Below are positions 61,301 to 64,000 of a stretch of DNA of 64,000 nt, one piece after another. The position numbers and the translations under genes are program-made. The notes below the pieces were generated by a model that worked only from the letters and a program-made list of their open reading frames with translations, ran no database searches and was not told the DNA's origin. Numbering within the stretch: the stretch's first letter is position 1; each line of letters opens with the position of its first letter. The DNA is from Chlorokybus atmophyticus (Eukaryota > Plantae > Mesostigma and Chlorokybus algae): assembly GCA_009103225.1 (NCBI GenBank), contig RHPI01003389.1, positions 496,001 through 560,000 on the forward strand, read 5' to 3'.

Positions 61301-63315
61301 GGGAAGGAGATCGGGTGGCTTTATGGATCAGTCACGGAAGATGTGGTCACCGGGTAGGGAGTGCGGGTGTGGGTGTGGGTGTGTATGTGTGCGTGCATAT
61401 ATGTCCAAGTCAACGTACACAATCATGGGCCAACTCTCATGCTTCTCAACTGTATGCGTGCGGACATGTATGTATATGTGTGTTTGCACGCGCACACATA
61501 CACGTGTTCGCACGCATATGGACCAAAGTACAAGTACATGCATGCGTATGCATGCACAACTGCAGACTCTCTTGCTACTACACACTCACAGGCAAGCTCA
61601 CACTCTCATGTGTACACTGTATCAACACTCCCCCGACGTTGTTCTCTCCACAGTTACCTCCTCCACTCCCGCGGTTGGCGCAGCGCCTACTGCAACCCCT
61701 CTCGTCCCGCCTTCAAGGGCACGGCCCCCATCAACCTGGCGGACCGGCTGCACCAGCTGCTGCGCTGGGCCACGGGCTCCGTCGAGATATTCTTCTCGAG
61801 GAGGAACGCGCTGCTGTGCGGGGGAGGGTCCAGACTCAAGTTGGCACAGGTGGGGGGAGGATGGATTGTTGTTGTGGACGTGCGTGCGTATGAGCGTGAG
61901 TGATTGTGTGTATTCCACTTGTGTTCATCAGCGCAAGCGCGTGTGCGTCTGTGCTCTCGTCAGAGTGTGTGCGCATGCGCGTGCACATGTCTGCGTGTGC
62001 GTATACGTTGGTGTGTGCGTGTGCGTGTGTACGAGCGATCCTGTGATACTCATCACTAACATCACCTCCGCAGCGTTTGGCGTACATCAACGTGTGCGTG
62101 TACCCCTTCACGGGCATCATCCTGCTTCTGTACACGCTGCTGCCTCCCGTCTGTCTCATGGCCAACCGCTTCATCATGCCTGCCGTCAACCTTGAGGCCG
62201 TCATCTTCTACCTCTGCTTCTTCCTCACGGTGTTCGCCTCGGCGCTGCTCGAGCTAAGGTGGTCTGGAGTCTCTATCGACGCATGGTGGCGCACGGAACA
62301 GTTCTGGATCATCGCTGGCATCTCCGCACACGTCGCCGGTAACACACCTTTGCTGATGAGACTCTCAAACATGCTTTTTGCATTCACTCTCACACATGCA
62401 GTGACACGCACACTTGTGCTCACGCTCATGGTGACGGTTGCACTTTGGCACAGATTGAGCGTGTATGAGAGTATGAGTGTGAGAGTAGGTTTCGCACTCG
62501 CACTCACACTTACTCAATGTGAATTTGTGGATTTGTACACTCGCACCGATGTCACGCTTGCACACATGCACAACCTCACGCTCACGGTCTCACGCTACGC
62601 AAAACTTGAGTTGCATCACACTTACGCTCAGCACACTGACACGCTTACGCTCAGCACTATGGTCCCCTCTCCAGGTGTAATCCAGGGTGTTATGAAGGCT
62701 GTTGCTGGTGTCGACATTGAGTTTCGCTTGACTGCCAAAGGAAACGAGCATGACGACGATGACTTTGACTCCACCAATCCGCGCGAGAACAGTGCAGAGC
62801 TCTACAAATTTAGGGTGGGTGTGTCTGTGAGTTGCGCAGTGAGACAGAGTGATGCTGCCATTGTTGACGTGGCGGTTGTGCCGACAGTTCACGTGGCTCA
62901 TTGTCGTGCCCGTCACTGTGATGCTGCTGAACATTCTTGGCATCGTTGCTGGCTTTGCCACGGCTATTACCGGAGGCAACTGGGGTGAGTAGTAGTCTCA
63001 ATCAAGGACCAGCTGGCCATCGGTGAGGTGTCTACAACCCACTCACATGCTGCGCTTACCTTTTCAGCGGAGCTGGCCGGCAAAGTCATCTTCAGCTTGT
63101 GGGTGCTCATCCACATGTACCCATTCGCCAAGGTGAGTCGTGCCTTCTGGCAGCGTGATGTCTCACACGCAAGGCAACATTATCAAAATGATTCCTTGCT
63201 GCAGGGCTTGATGGGCAAACGGAGCCGCCCGCCGACCATTGTCATCATCTGGAGTCTGCTCATCACAGTTGTGTTCGCCGGAGCATGGGTGCTGGTCTTC
63301 CGCAGAAACGATTGA
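55349..63315 (+). CDS. Kinesin-like motor / C4C4 RING / chromodomain / cellulose synthase-like (CSLD/CesA, GT2) fusion protein, about 1480 aa, 26 exons
   Basis: Exons: 55349-55382, 55480-55685, 55877-56290, 56507-56560, 56637-56695, 56770-56867, 56938-57058, 57146-57206 (kinesin); 57285-57344, 57443-57514, 57592-57720 (RING); 57819-57948 (chromodomain, begins in the previous exon); 58012-58195, 58265-58757, 59122-59497, 59796-60085, 60205-60407, 60480-60582, 60660-60946, 61156-61353, 61654-61849, 62074-62338, 62675-62814, 62888-62984, 63068-63132, 63205-63315 (linker and synthase). All introns are GT-AG and the phases match (4446 nt CDS). Synthase motifs: [30 protein letters not shown]. Confidence is very high for the synthase part and somewhat lower for the single-transcript fusion. 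Confidence 0.85.
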
Positions 63316-63492
63316 GCACCAGTGGCCCTTTACCCAAACCGTGTTGACGGGAAGCATGCTAGAGCATGCATTGTGCCTGAGTGTGGTGTTAAACCGTGTG
63401 CTGGACTGCTCACGAGAAGTGCGTCCTGTGATGACTCTCAAAAAACAAGTTGTTTGATATGCGAAATACACAGCTATGTGCGTCATAAGCCC

Positions 63493-63858
63493 NNNNNNNN
63501 NNNNNNNNNNNNNNNNNNNNNNNNNNNNNNNNNNNNNNNNNNNNNNNNNNNNNNNNNNNNNNNNNNNNNNNNNNNNNNNNNNNNNNNNNNNNNNNNNNNN
63601 NNNNNNNNNNNNNNNNNNNNNNNNNNNNNNNNNNNNNNNNNNNNNNNNNNNNNNNNNNNNNNNNNNNNNNNNNNNNNNNNNNNNNNNNNNNNNNNNNNNN
63701 NNNNNNNNNNNNNNNNNNNNNNNNNNNNNNNNNNNNNNNNNNNNNNNNNNNNNNNNNNNNNNNNNNNNNNNNNNNNNNNNNNNNNNNNNNNNNNNNNNNN
63801 NNNNNNNNNNNNNNNNNNNNNNNNNNNNNNNNNNNNNNNNNNNNNNNNNNNNNNNNNN
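63493..63858. other. Assembly gap (N run)
   Basis: N bases. Confidence 1.
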
Positions 63859-64000
63859 AGCCCCCCCCTGCACACATACTACTCACAGTCTAGTACGACC
63901 TCCATAACAAGTCTACCATATCTCCATTGCAGAACCATGAGCTGTGTGACAAGTAGCAATTCACCTAGTTGCATCCTTGCTTTCGAGGCGTGCATGTTGC

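Overview
Intron-rich, GC-rich eukaryotic nuclear DNA with many short GT-AG introns full of (CA)/(GT) repeats and three N gaps. A class VIII myosin, a CSLD/CesA-type synthase and a CYP86-clan P450 point to a streptophyte, probably an early-diverging streptophyte alga (inference). Genes in order: terminal exon of an unknown gene, full-size ABCA transporter, myosin VIII, BASS/SLC10 symporter, a chimeric gene (hAT BED-like zinc finger plus a duplicated coiled-coil exon block), FDH-like MDR alcohol dehydrogenase, proline dehydrogenase, a transposon block (MITE remnants, a decayed Ty3/gypsy chromovirus with both LTRs and TSD, a decayed pogo element), CYP86-clan P450, DnaJ-type zinc-finger gene, long coiled-coil gene and tRNA-Pro(UGG). 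The main result is at 55349-63315. By hand I spliced 26 exons, all in phase, into one ORF of about 1480 aa: degenerate kinesin motor domain, C4C4 RING, chromodomain, then a cellulose synthase-like (CSLD/CesA) enzyme with intact catalytic motifs. I know of no described kinesin-cellulose synthase fusion; it parallels the fungal myosin-chitin synthases. All gene models are hand-built and lack transcript support.
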